Below are positions 28,752 to 39,432 of a stretch of 64,000 nucleotides of DNA, in pieces. The translations under genes and the position numbers were made by a program. This stretch comes from Dehalococcoidia bacterium (lineage in GTDB: Bacteria > Chloroflexota > Dehalococcoidia > Lucifugimonadales > UBA3495): the NCBI GenBank assembly GCA_965216425.1, contig CBDCFV010000004.1, forward strand, positions 121,144 to 185,143. Reading direction: 5' to 3'. The first letter of the stretch is position 1, and each line of letters opens with the position of its first letter. The notes beneath the pieces are model-generated. The model searched no databases, had not been told where the DNA came from, and saw nothing but the letters and a program-made list of their open reading frames with translations.

Positions 28752-31571
28752 TCACCCTACCCTGAACACCTTCATAACTTCATCCCCCAAATGGTTGATT
28801 ACCTTCACCGCAATCCGCTCTGACTCCGGCCGCGGGAACGGGCGCGACGTGGCGCTGCGCAGCGTGGCCCAAGCGTCCTCGTCGATTTCGGCGCGGAGCG
28901 TGGTCTTCAGCGACTTGTAGGGATCGCCGGCGCCCAAGAAGTAGGCGTGGCGGACGAAGAAGCTCTCCTGGTTGTAGTCAGTGTCAATGAACCAGCAGGC
29001 GATGCCCTCCGGCCCGTCGCTGCGCACCTCGCCGGTGTTGGGGTGGAAGACGTCCACGCCGTTAACACGTACTTGGACCTGCCCGTCCTCGCAGTCCAGC
29101 ACGTCGATGTCCGGCTCGCCGAAGATGACGAACAGGTTGCCGCTGCCGGTGTTCTTCAGGTCCCCGGCCATGTGAAGGTCGGCGTTCATGCGGGCCTTCA
29201 GCACCGGCACCCGCCCCAAGCTCTCGAACTCCGTGGTATGGGCGTCATAGTTGAAGGCGCAGGCGACCAGCACGTCGAACCCGCCGTCGGCGGCCTCCCG
29301 CGCCGCCTCCACCAAATCGGGGCGCGACACCGTGCCGAACTCCGGCCCGATGAAGATCGCGGCCCTCCGCTCCGGTCCCATCGGCGCATCATCATCCTCA
29401 CCGCTGCCGCCCTCAACGTAGCGGCCATCGGCGCAAACGAACCGCCCCGGCCAGGGTGTCAGTGACGTAAAGGTTATGCGGTCTTCCTTGTGGGCCTGCT
29501 GGACGCCGGAGCGTTTCAGGTTGTCGAGAATGACCTGTCCAAAGTCGTATCCCGTGCCGTAGCCGTTGCGCGCCTCGGCGATGCCGTCTATTACGTCCCC
29601 GTTCTCGTCCACGCCCAGCACCCGGTGGGGCGAGATGCTCTCCACGGTGAAGGGGCCGGCCACCCGCACCTTGCTGCGGTCCTCGTAAGGCTTGTCGTAC
29701 AGGTACTCATAGTCGGCCTTGGCGGCGATGGAGGCGTCTATCTCCCTTTGCCGAGCGATGCGCAAATCCCACCATTCCCGGTGCAGGTCCTGCGCCTCCT
29801 CGGACCACGATTCGTCGGCGTCGCGGGGAATCTCCCACTCCTCCCATGACATTTCCAGGGCTTGGTTCAACTCTTCCCGCAGGGGTTCCATCTCCTCTTG
29901 GGCCGTCTCCCAGATGACATCGATCTGGGAGTTGTTGGCGATGGCCCGCAGGGTGATATGGGGCACCCGGTCGTAGACGAACCCCTGCCGGACGTTGCCG
30001 TATGTGGGCATCTCTGACGGGGCGCGGCGCGAGATCTCGGCCTCCTTCAGTCGGCCTCCCTTGCTGTCAGCCAGCAGGTAGTAGGGATAGCGAGCGCCCA
30101 TGATGCGAGCGCGGGCCAAGGCCAGGGCGACGCGGGAGGTGTCGATGGTGATCCACCGCCGCCCCCACTGCTCGGCCACGTAGGCGGTGGTGCCGGAGCC
30201 ACAGGTGGGGTCCAGCACCAGGTCGCCGGGGTCGGTGGTCATCAGTATGCAGCGTTCTATAACTTTTGCAGAGGTCTCCACCACGTACCGCTTGTCAGCA
30301 GAAAATCCAGCAATACTCGTATCGTCCCAATTGTCGGTAATCGGGTACGCAAGATAATCGTTGAAGTAACGAATGTAGTAGAGATTGGCGGATGCTGGCT
30401 GGACTCGATCAGCCTTTAGAAGCCGAACCATCGAAGATTCTTGTGTCTTCCAATACCCTTTGGGAAAGTAACTTTTGTTTTGAAATACCACATCATAGCG
30501 TGTTCCGGGACTCTGGCTAGTTAGATTGTCTATCCTATAAACACGTTCGTGACTGGGTAAAGGCTCTCCTGCCTTCTCTTCATTAGCCAGAGGGCGCGTG
30601 ATGCCACCCACTGCCCGAGCAGTGTTATATGCGGTTCCGCCTTGGCCCATTAGGCTCTTTAACTTTAGGGGGCGTCGAAACTTTAGTTTTGTGCGGTCTT
30701 TGGAGAACCAAATGATGTAGTCGGAAACAGATGCCAGAAGGTTGTCAGTCTGGCCTGTGGTTTTCACAAAAGTGATCAACCGAACGAAGTTTTCTTCACC
30801 AAACACCTCGTCCATCAGGGCGCGCACCCGGTGGACGTTCTCATCCCCAATCTGCACAAAGATGGAGCCGGACTCAGCCAGCAGGTCGCGGGCAACAGTA
30901 AGACGGTCGCGCAGGTAGGTCAGGTAGGAGTGGATGCCGTCGCGCCAAGTGTCGCGGAAGGCCTTGACCTGCTCCGGCTCGCGGGTGATGTGCTGGCGGT
31001 TGCCGTCGCGAACGTCGCGGCTGGTCGTGGACCACTGGAAGTTGGAGTTGAACCGGATGCCGTAGGGCGGGTCGATGTAGATGCACTGCACCTTGCCCTG
31101 CAGCCCCTCCCGCTCGGATAACGAGGCCATCACCTGCAGGCTGTCGCCCAGGATCATGCGGTTCTGCCAGTATCCCTCGTGCTGGTAGAACTCGGTGCGG
31201 TCGGCCCCTTCGGGCAGACCGTTGAAGTCGGAGAACATGTCTATCTGGTGTTCCTCCGCTTCCCGGTTCTCCTTGGACTGGCGCAGCAGGTCGGCGATGA
31301 GCGCCTTGGGGTGGACCTTCTCCTGGATGTACAGGGGCGGGACGTTGACCACCAGGTCGTCCAGGTCCTGCTCGTCCTTGCCCCGCCAGACCAGCTGCGG
31401 GTCCAGGTCGCGGTTGCGCCGCTGGTAGGCAACCCGCACAGGTGACTCGTCTTCTTCCCGCACCATCGACTGATACTCCGCCGTGGGGATGTTGGTCCGG
31501 GTGTCCTCTTCGTGCCGCAGCGTTTCCACGGACTTGCCAGCGGCTGCACGGGTGCGTCTGGCTCTGGGCAT
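28752..31571 (-). CDS. mod: Type III R-M methyltransferase subunit (Mod), N6-adenine beta class
   Basis: IYIDPPYGIRF (motif IV) upstream of DPTCGSGTTAYVAEQWGRRWITID (motif I). N-terminal DPQLVWRGK. GGAGGGG Shine-Dalgarno sequence. Confidence 0.9.
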   Translation of the reverse strand: MPRARRTRAAAGKSVETLRHEEDTRTNIPTAEYQSMVREEDESPVRVAYQRRNRDLDPQLVWRGKDEQDLDDLVVNVPPLYIQEKVHPKALIADLLRQSKENREAEEHQIDMFSDFNGLPEGADRTEFYQHEGYWQNRMILGDSLQVMASLSEREGLQGKVQCIYIDPPYGIRFNSNFQWSTTSRDVRDGNRQHITREPEQVKAFRDTWRDGIHSYLTYLRDRLTVARDLLAESGSIFVQIGDENVHRVRALMDEVFGEENFVRLITFVKTTGQTDNLLASVSDYIIWFSKDRTKLKFRRPLKLKSLMGQGGTAYNTARAVGGITRPLANEEKAGEPLPSHERVYRIDNLTSQSPGTRYDVVFQNKSYFPKGYWKTQESSMVRLLKADRVQPASANLYYIRYFNDYLAYPITDNWDDTSIAGFSADKRYVVETSAKVIERCILMTTDPGDLVLDPTCGSGTTAYVAEQWGRRWITIDTSRVALALARARIMGARYPYYLLADSKGGRLKEAEISRRAPSEMPTYGNVRQGFVYDRVPHITLRAIANNSQIDVIWETAQEEMEPLREELNQALEMSWEEWEIPRDADESWSEEAQDLHREWWDLRIARQREIDASIAAKADYEYLYDKPYEDRSKVRVAGPFTVESISPHRVLGVDENGDVIDGIAEARNGYGTGYDFGQVILDNLKRSGVQQAHKEDRITFTSLTPWPGRFVCADGRYVEGGSGEDDDAPMGPERRAAIFIGPEFGTVSRPDLVEAAREAADGGFDVLVACAFNYDAHTTEFESLGRVPVLKARMNADLHMAGDLKNTGSGNLFVIFGEPDIDVLDCEDGQVQVRVNGVDVFHPNTGEVRSDGPEGIACWFIDTDYNQESFFVRHAYFLGAGDPYKSLKTTLRAEIDEDAWATLRSATSRPFPRPESERIAVKVINHLGDEVMKVFRVG

Positions 31572-31573
31572 GG

Positions 31574-31999
31574 CTATTCCCCTCCGGTGTTGGGTACAAA
31601 GGGATTGAGCAGGTCAGCGGCCAAACCCTGAACGTGCTGAATGTTTCGAGTTACCAAGATCAGATTGTGGACTTTGGCGGTGGCGGCCAACAGGCCGTCA
31701 ATCACTGGGACATTGCGGATATAGTGCATTCGGCCCCAGGTTTCGGTAATGTCGGCGTCGATTGACAAAATCCGGCCTTCGTAATTTTGCTGTACGTACC
31801 TCAGCCAATTTTCAATGACCTCAGCCTGCTTGGGGCCGCGGTCTCTAACCAGCTCGATTCCTTTGCGAATTTCGCCCAGCGTCAGTACGCTCAGAAACAG
31901 GTCATCGTCTGAAAGGCCGGTGTACCAAGCCGCCACGTTCTCGTCGCACCGGTCCCGTTTCCGCAATTCCGAGACGACGTTGGTATCGAGTAAATACAC
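31574..31999 (-). CDS. vapC: PIN-domain toxin VapC (FitB-like)
   Basis: (V)YLLDTNVVSELRK...LSVLTLGEI...IDGLLAATAKVHNLILVTRN. The GTG start shares one base with the res stop (TAGTG). The stop is 2 nt before the mod ATG. Confidence 0.9.
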   Translation of the reverse strand: MYLLDTNVVSELRKRDRCDENVAAWYTGLSDDDLFLSVLTLGEIRKGIELVRDRGPKQAEVIENWLRYVQQNYEGRILSIDADITETWGRMHYIRNVPVIDGLLAATAKVHNLILVTRNIQHVQGLAADLLNPFVPNTGGE

Positions 32000-33963
32000 T
32001 AACAGGATCCGCTGGGATCATCATACAGAAATGAAACATCGCGCCCGTAGTCTGGAGGCCGTGTCAGATCCAGGTCGTCAAAGGACGGGCCTGCCACCAG
32101 CATCTCCTTGAAGCTGAGTTTGCTGTAATCGTAGTTGGCAAAGTCTTCGGTCGACATGTTCTTGGACGAATCGATAAAATTGAGGATGGCCCGTTCCATT
32201 TCAGCCTTGATGTCATAAACATCGGTGAACTCGGCAAAGGCCCAGCGTCCGTACTGCCCCAGCGCGTTTACGCCCGGCAGCCAGTAGGCCTCCATCGTGT
32301 TCTTCTTTTCCTTGGCGTCCTCGCCCCGGTATCCCTTAATTTCGACAATGAGGTTTAGAGGATCGTCCAGACCGTCGTCCACCTGAACGATGAAGTCGGG
32401 AATGTACCTGCGAGGGGTTGAGCCGTAAAGGTAAGGGACCTCAAGTCCCAGGTTGTGGTTCTTCACGTAGGCTTTCACGTTGGGATGAGACTCCACCACC
32501 CGGCAGAACTCGGCCTCCCAGTCACTGTCCAGCACGGCCAGGTTGACGTGGCACTTGCGGGGGTCGGTGGTCCACAGGCCCGTCTTGGCAGTGGTGAAGT
32601 TGACGCGGCGAGTCGAGCCGACAGGATTGTACGAGTCCAGCAGCGCCTTGATGGACCGCTCGCCCTCCCTGCTGGTTATGGCGGCGGTGATCCGGTTGCA
32701 GGCCATATCCGCCAATGACTGGTACATGAGCTGCGCCGGATAGGTCCCGCCCCGGCAGTCCAGGCAGGTGTCCAGCCACTCCTTTACCACGCTCCGCAGC
32801 TTGCCGAACAGGTGCGTCTTCATATCCTGGTTGGGGTCGCGCCACTTGGTTTGCAGCAGTCGGGTCGTCAGGTGATACACCAGGGTCGAGGTGCGCAGAT
32901 CGCCGGTGTGCACCAGGTTCAGGTCCACGCCCTCACCGATGATGCCCTCGTTCCTGGTCTGAGTCGGCCCCACCAGGTCGGGGGTCAGGTCCAGCCGGGA
33001 GTCGCCGGTGAAGTTGGCGACCAGGTCCTCTCTGGGCGGGTCCTCCCGGTAGCCCGCCACGCGGGGGAAGGTTATCTCTAGGTGGTCGCGCTCAGGACTC
33101 ATGGCCCTGACGTGTACCGTCTGACGTGGCTTCCCCGGGCCTACCACCACCGGCCGGGCGGTGAAGTCGAAGGGTATGCCCAGCACGTCGGCGTACTCAA
33201 CGTTGAACTTGTTGTCCTCGTTCAGGTCATAGGACTGGCGCCGGAGCGCCCTCCCCACAACCTGCTCGCACAGCAACTGCGTGCCGAAGGCGCGGACGCC
33301 GAGCACATGGGTAACGGTGTTGGCATCCCACCCTTCGGTGAGCATGGACACCGAGACCACGCAGCGGATGTCTTGCCCCAGCCGACCATCCTTGCCGACG
33401 GTGTTCATCACTTCGCGGAGCAGTTCCTGGTCGGATATACTGCCGGCCTCCTCGCGGTTGCCGGTGCGTTCGATACGCTCCCGCCGGAACCGTTCTATCT
33501 GGTCGGCGGCGGCGCGGCGGAAGTCATCACTGAGCTTGTCGCCGGACTCCATTTGCTGGCTGTCGGTCAACAGGGTCCGGGGTATGGAATAACGATTGTC
33601 GTACCCGTCGAAATTGCGGAACAACTCCAGCCGTCCGTTCACCACCGAGGTTGTACCGTCCTCGTTGGTCCGCTCAAAGCCGGAGATGTAGTCGTAGACC
33701 AGCTTGGAGGTGGAGGTGTTGTTGCATACGACGATGAAACATGGTGGGCATGGGGCGCCGTCCGCCATCCACTCCTTGTACGTTTTTTCGTAATGGCCGT
33801 AGAGGGCCTGCAACGCGGTCTGCAACGGCGTCGGCAGGTCCAGCGGGTCCAGGTTGCCCGCGCGGTCCCTTCCGACCTTGGGCATGTTGCCGCGGATGTG
33901 CTCCCAGAGGTTGCGGAACACCGGCGCCTCGGTGCCGGGAATGTTGTCGGCCACCGGGACCCG

Positions 33964-35293
33964 CTGACAGGGGTATGTAACGGCTGAAATGGTCTGAAAA
34001 CTTGGAAAGCGCACGGGATTCCGGCATCTTGGTAGCAGTCACAAAACCAGGTGCCGGAGGTGTCCCATGCGCCTTCCAAGGGAATGCTACCAGATGCAGC
34101 AGGTCATTGAAACGCATCTACCTCACCTCTCCCGACCACAGTTGACCGGTCTGGTCCTGTGGGTCTGCGGGGCCATTCTCGCTGGCAGCGCCTGCCAGAA
34201 CGCCGTGGCCTCCGCCCTCTCGCCCTGGGGCGCTTGGAACAACTTCCGCCAGTATCTCCGGGAGTGGCTCTACGACGGCAGCGACCGGGCTCGTCCCTGC
34301 CAGACCGAACTGGACGTAAGCCTCTGCTTCGCCCCACTGCTCCGGTGGGTCCTTTCCTGGTGGCGTTCCGGACGGCTGGCCCTGGCCGTTGATCCCACGC
34401 TCAAAGGCGACCAAACCACCGCCATCGTCATCAGCGTGGTCTACCGGGGTTGCGCCATTCCCGTGGCCTGGCGCATCCACCGGGCCACCCAGCGCGGCTC
34501 CTGGATGGATCCCACGGTGGAACTGCTCAGGAAACTGGCCCCGGCGGTTCCCAAGGAAATGACCGTCATCGTGCTCTGCGACCGGGGCATAGCCAGTCCC
34601 AAGCTGTGGCGACAGATACGCGCTCAAGGCTGGCATCCCTACATGAGGTATCGGAAGAACGTCAGCTTCTGCGCCCAAGATGGCCGCCGGTTGCCCGCAC
34701 AGCACTTCGTTTCCCGTCCCGATACAGCTTGGATTGGCCGCGGCACCGCCTTCAGCACCCCCACCGCAAAACGCCGCTGCACCCTGCTGGCGGTCTGGTA
34801 CGTCGAGCAGGAAGAACCTTGGATCATCCTCACCGACCTGCCGCCGGAGGACGCCGGACCCAGTTGGTACGCCCTGCGCTTCTGGATCGAACTGGGCTTC
34901 AAGGCCGTCAAAAGCCTGGGCTGGAAGTGGGACAAGACCCGGCGCACCGACCCGGCGCGCGTCTCCCGCCACTGGCTGGTGCTGTCGGTGGCAACACTGC
35001 TGGCCCTGGCCTATGGCACCAGGGTGGAAGACGCCCATGACCGCAGGATTGCTCCAGGCAACCTGCGCACGCCGCCCAAGACGTCGGCTCCCAGGCGCCG
35101 CGACCCCTGGGGCAGGCCGGTACGGACCGTCAGCATCATCCGCCACGGCATTGACTGGCTGCGGCGGTTGCTGCTCCGGGGCCGCCTCTGGAGCCGGGTC
35201 TGGCTGCTGCCCGAACCCTGGCCGGAACCCAAACCAGCCCTGGAGGTCACCCGCCATGCCCCGTCCTGAAAACACCTTACATACCCCTGTCAG
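33964..35293 (+). mobile_element. IS4-family insertion sequence
   Basis: Inverted ends CTGACAGGGGTATGTAA. 11-bp target duplication ACCGGGACCCG (33953-33963 and 35294-35304). Confidence 0.85.
34067..35269 (+). CDS. IS4-family DDE transposase
   Basis: 400-aa ORF with the YALRFWIELGFKAVK (Y-R-E-K) signature and DRG/DDE spacing. Confidence 0.8.
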   Translation: MRLPRECYQMQQVIETHLPHLSRPQLTGLVLWVCGAILAGSACQNAVASALSPWGAWNNFRQYLREWLYDGSDRARPCQTELDVSLCFAPLLRWVLSWWRSGRLALAVDPTLKGDQTTAIVISVVYRGCAIPVAWRIHRATQRGSWMDPTVELLRKLAPAVPKEMTVIVLCDRGIASPKLWRQIRAQGWHPYMRYRKNVSFCAQDGRRLPAQHFVSRPDTAWIGRGTAFSTPTAKRRCTLLAVWYVEQEEPWIILTDLPPEDAGPSWYALRFWIELGFKAVKSLGWKWDKTRRTDPARVSRHWLVLSVATLLALAYGTRVEDAHDRRIAPGNLRTPPKTSAPRRRDPWGRPVRTVSIIRHGIDWLRRLLLRGRLWSRVWLLPEPWPEPKPALEVTRHAPS

Positions 35294-36369
35294 ACCGGGA
35301 CCCGGGGCAGCTTGACGATGCCGCATTCAATGGCGTCCATCAGGGAAAAGTCGCTTGCCGTCCAAGGGAACAGGGTCCCCTCGACATAACCGGAGCCCCG
35401 CAGGAAGAAGGGCGTCGCCGACAGGTCCACCACCTTCCGAACGCCCAGTTTGCGATTGACCATTTCCAGCCCGGATATCCAGACGCGGGCCTCCTCGTTG
35501 TTCCGGTCGGCTTCCTGGCGATCCTCTCTGGCCAAGGGACCCTCGTCGTCCTCCCCGGGCTTGCGGCGGTAGCAGTGATGGCCCTCGTCGTTGAAGACCA
35601 TGACGTTCTTCAGGTTCATCAGCTCCGGCATTACCCTCTGGACCATCTGGCCTTCCGATTCCTGGGTCTCAATGGGGCTGCCGGGCCCCTGCAAAAGGGC
35701 CCTGCCGCCGCTGGACATTTCCAGCCGCTCCCGGGGACGCAGTCCGTGGTAGTTGGTGATGACTATCTTGGCCCGCTGCAGGTAGGCCAGCATATCACCG
35801 GGGACCAGTTCCCGGCTGGCGTAGTAGCTGTCCGGGTCATTTGGCTGGAGCACCCGCAAACGGTCTTTGATGGTCAAGCCGGGGGTCACCACCAGGAATC
35901 CCTTGGTGAACCTTCGACTATTGGGATGCCGGACTGCGTTGATGGTCTGCCAAGCGATGATCATGGCCATGACGGTGGTCTTGCCCGCGCCGGTGGCCAG
36001 CTTCAGTGCAACCCTGGACAGTTCCGGGTTCGCCTGGCTGCTGGCGCTTTCCAGCCGCTGGAGCGCGAGTCTTTCTCCAGGCCCCAGCCTCGGGGCTACC
36101 TCGGTGAGCCATATCAGGGTCTCCACTGCCTCAACCTGGCAGAAGAAGGGGCGGTAGTGGCTGAACCTGTGGTGCCGCCAATGCTGGAGCAGCAGGGCCG
36201 TTTCCGGCGTTACCCCCCAGTTCTGCGGGTTGGGAATGCTCCGCCACTGGTCCGCGTACCGCCGGACCTCATTGACCGCCGCGGTAACGTCGTATTGCTG
36301 CTCTTCCGTGGACAGCCCTTGCCCTTCGTCAATTACAAGTTGCCCCTGCCGTTCGCCCCGGGCCCTCCC

Positions 36370-36563
36370 CTGACAGGGGTATGTATTTTATTTTGAGACT
36401 TACGCAGTTGATCGTGAGACCGGATAGTAGGTAGGCGTGCTCAGATACAAAATCGCCCCCAAATGCTTACTACCGGGCCCATTCGGTATTCCGACGTAGG
36501 CGGGAATCCAGGGGTGGCGGGACGGTTCGTAGCTATAATCTCGTTTTTACATACCCCTGTCAG
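36370..36563. mobile_element. 194-bp MITE derived from the IS4-family element
   Basis: Same inverted ends CTGACAGGGGTATGTA...TACATACCCCTGTCAG, with no ORF. 11-bp duplication CGGGCCCTCCC (36359-36369 and 36564-36574). Confidence 0.8.
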
Positions 36564-37072
36564 CGGGCCCTCCCTCTCTGCCTGGGCTTGGGAATCGGCG
36601 TTATGAACTCGGCTCCCCGGCGGCTCTCGATGATCTGCTGGGTCGGTTGGCCGGCCTCATCCAGCTCCCAATGCCGGGAGGGATACTCGTAAGGCGAGTT
36701 CAGTATCGGTTCGTCAAAGAACGGGTTCTCCATGTCTTGCACCGCTGAGTTGATTGAGCGCCTGAGCCCAGAACGCCGTGTGGTCATATGGCCGGCAATC
36801 AGTGTCGCCTCACAGGGCTCGGCTCGTCAATCCTCATTACCTACGCGGGTGTCCGTCAGATTTTTGGTCGTGGATAGAATGAAGGGGTAAAATGGCGGTA
36901 AAGGGCTGGAAGACAGAAGAGAGAGTATGGGTGGGTCTGATTGTCAAGGGCGCCGAGATATTGGGCCACTGGGGCGGCGTGATCGTGTACCACTGATGTG
37001 ATGACTGACGGCAGTAAATTGGTCGGAGCGGCGGCGTTACAAGAACAGGAGGAGACGGCGTTGGCGGTGCGG

Positions 37073-37855
37073 CTATTCTGCGTCGGGTTCTTCTGAAGCC
37101 TGCGGGGAAGCGTTCTCCCGGCTGCGCTTGAGCCGGTAGCTCTCGCCGTTCATCTCCAGGATGTGGACGTGGTGGGTGAGCCGGTCCAGCAGCGCTCCGG
37201 TGAGGCGTTCCGAGCCGAAGACCTCGGTCCACTCGTCGAAGGGGAGGTTGGTGGTCACCATGACGGAGCCCCGCTCGTAGCGTTGGCTGAAGACCTCGAA
37301 GAGCAGTTCCGCGCCGGTTCTGGAAAGGGGGACGAAGCCCAGCTCGTCGATGATCAGCAGGTTGAGCCGGGCCAGTTGTTTCTGCAAGTTCAGCAGGCGC
37401 CTTTCGTCCCTGGCCTCCATCATCTCATGCACCAGACCGGCGGCGGCGGTGAAACCCACAGACATCCCGCGCTGGCAGGCGGCCAGCCCCAGCCCAAGGG
37501 CCACGTGAGTCTTGCCGGTGCCGCTGTTGCCGACGGCGATGACGTTCTCCCGGCGCTGGATGTATTCACAGCGGGCCAGTTCCATCACCAGCGCCTTGTT
37601 CAGCGACGGGATTGCCGGGAAGTCGAGGGTGTCCAGACTCTTCACGGCGGGGAATCGGGCGGCGCGGATCCGCCGCTCCACCATGCGCTGGTGGCGGTCG
37701 ATGAGCTCCAGTTCCGCGAGCCTGAGCAGGTACTGGGGATGATCCACACCCTCGGCGGCGCACTGGGCGGCCATCTTACCGTACTCCCTGAGAAAGCTGG
37801 GCAGCTTCAGTTCTTTGAGATGGTGTTCCAACAGCAGCGTCGACCGGTCGTTCAT
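37073..37855 (-). CDS. istB: IS21 helper ATPase IstB
   Basis: GNSGTGKTHVALGLG (Walker A) and LLIIDELGFVP (Walker B). The ATG overlaps the istA stop (ATGA). Confidence 0.9.
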   Translation of the reverse strand: MNDRSTLLLEHHLKELKLPSFLREYGKMAAQCAAEGVDHPQYLLRLAELELIDRHQRMVERRIRAARFPAVKSLDTLDFPAIPSLNKALVMELARCEYIQRRENVIAVGNSGTGKTHVALGLGLAACQRGMSVGFTAAAGLVHEMMEARDERRLLNLQKQLARLNLLIIDELGFVPLSRTGAELLFEVFSQRYERGSVMVTTNLPFDEWTEVFGSERLTGALLDRLTHHVHILEMNGESYRLKRSRENASPQASEEPDAE

Positions 37856-39363
37856 GCCGCCCTCCCTGTGAGGAGAGCCATGTAGTCTTGTGTGGAGGTG
37901 GTGCTGACCCTGACCCGGGGCAGGTAGGGATAGAGCTCCATATCCAGCCTGGGCGGCCGCCCCTCCAGCCGGCACAGCACCAGGTGCTTCACTGCGTCAA
38001 AGCTCAGCGACCCCAGGTGGATGGCATCTTTCACCGCTGCGTGCACCTCCTGCTGGGAGAAGGTCTCCAGCAGCCTGAGCATCTGCACGTACTCCCGCTT
38101 GCCCCGCCGTCCCATGCGGGACTCCAGCAACCGCCGCAGCGTCCCGAACTCATCGGGCAGAGCCCAGCCCTGCAGCGGAGCGGCCTGGTCCAGGGCGCCC
38201 GTCTTACGCTCCAACAGCGGGAGGTAGTGGATGGGGTCGTAGACGAAGTCGTCCCGGTCGTATGATCTGGGATGGCTGGCGATGACCTCGGTTCCGCAGC
38301 TGATCACCACTGCGTCGACGTAGCCCCTTATCAGGACGTCCCGATATCCGTAGGCCACCGGCACCGGGTAGTCGTTGGCCCTGTACCTGACCAAGGACAG
38401 CGAACTCACCCGGCCAGCCTGCTTGTCGCACGCGTCGTAGGCCACCGGCGGCAGGGGCAGCAGGGCGTCCAGGTCCCGCTCCATCCTCTGGCCGATGGTC
38501 TCCGTGTGTCCCCTGAGCTGGGCGTCCATTCGTTCCAGGCAGCGCTGCTCCAGGCAGGCGTTCAGCGCATCGAAGCTTTCGAAGGACGGCACCGGCACCA
38601 GAAAGTTGCGGCGCATGTACCCCACCAGGCCTTCCACCTTGCCCTTGTCATTGCCCTTGCCGGGGCGCCCGAACCGGTCCTCGAACAGGTAGTGGGACTG
38701 GAGCTCGGTGAAGGCGCGGGTGCGCTGGCGCCGGCCGTCGCCCAGGATCCGGGCAACAGCCAGCCTGGTATTGTCGTAGAGGATGCTCTGGGGCACTCCG
38801 CCCAGAAAGGCGAGGGCTGACACGTGGCCGTCCAGGAAGGCCTCGGTAGTCTCAGCCGGGTAGGCCTTGACGAAGCAGCCGTCGCTGTGGGGCAGGTCGA
38901 TGACGAAGCAATGGGCCTTTTGCTCAACGCCGCCGATGACCACCAGGGCCTCGCCGAAGTCGCACTGGGCGTGGCCCGGCGGATGGGACAACGGCACGAA
39001 CATCTCCTTGGTCTGACGGCGATGCTCTCTTACGTAGTCCTTGACGGTGGTGTATCCGCCGTCGAACCCGTACTCGTCCCTGAGGCGCTCGAATATCCGC
39101 TTGGCCGTGTGGCGCTGCTTCCTGGGGCGCGCGAGGTCATCCTCCAGGATCAGGTCGATGACGCCGGTAAAAGGCTCCAGCTTGGGCCTTCGAGGAGGAG
39201 TCTGTCGCCGGTAGCCCGGAGGCACGGAGTAGGCCAGCATCTTGCGCACGGTGTCCCGGTGCAGCCCAAACTCTCTGGAGACCTCCCGAATGCTCTTGCC
39301 CTCCACCATCACCGCCCGGCGAACCCGCAGATATACGTCCACTCTGTACATCCATCGCACCAT
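37852..39363 (-). CDS. istA: IS21 transposase IstA
   Basis: HTH (KSIREVSREFGLHRDTVRKML), then a DDE core (QCDFGEA ... YDNTRLAV). The start is Met 39363 or 39351. Confidence 0.9.
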   Translation of the reverse strand: MVRWMYRVDVYLRVRRAVMVEGKSIREVSREFGLHRDTVRKMLAYSVPPGYRRQTPPRRPKLEPFTGVIDLILEDDLARPRKQRHTAKRIFERLRDEYGFDGGYTTVKDYVREHRRQTKEMFVPLSHPPGHAQCDFGEALVVIGGVEQKAHCFVIDLPHSDGCFVKAYPAETTEAFLDGHVSALAFLGGVPQSILYDNTRLAVARILGDGRRQRTRAFTELQSHYLFEDRFGRPGKGNDKGKVEGLVGYMRRNFLVPVPSFESFDALNACLEQRCLERMDAQLRGHTETIGQRMERDLDALLPLPPVAYDACDKQAGRVSSLSLVRYRANDYPVPVAYGYRDVLIRGYVDAVVISCGTEVIASHPRSYDRDDFVYDPIHYLPLLERKTGALDQAAPLQGWALPDEFGTLRRLLESRMGRRGKREYVQMLRLLETFSQQEVHAAVKDAIHLGSLSFDAVKHLVLCRLEGRPPRLDMELYPYLPRVRVSTTSTQDYMALLTGRAA

Positions 39364-39432
39364 CCAAGGGGTCGGATACAACCCTATGGATGGCGGCGGG
39401 CGGTCCAATTTGCAACCGCCGTTTGTCAGAGA

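Larger units (their letters stand above)
31999..36787 (-). pseudogene. res: Type III restriction subunit (Res), interrupted twice
   Basis: N-terminus NPFFDEPILNSPYEYPSRHWELDE, LATGAGKTTVMAM, FNDEGHHCY, SATP and LTEGWDANTVTHVLGVRAF. Pieces 36564-36787, 35294-36369 and 31999-33963 sum to 3243 nt (1081 codons) after removing the two 11-bp duplications. Confidence 0.85.
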
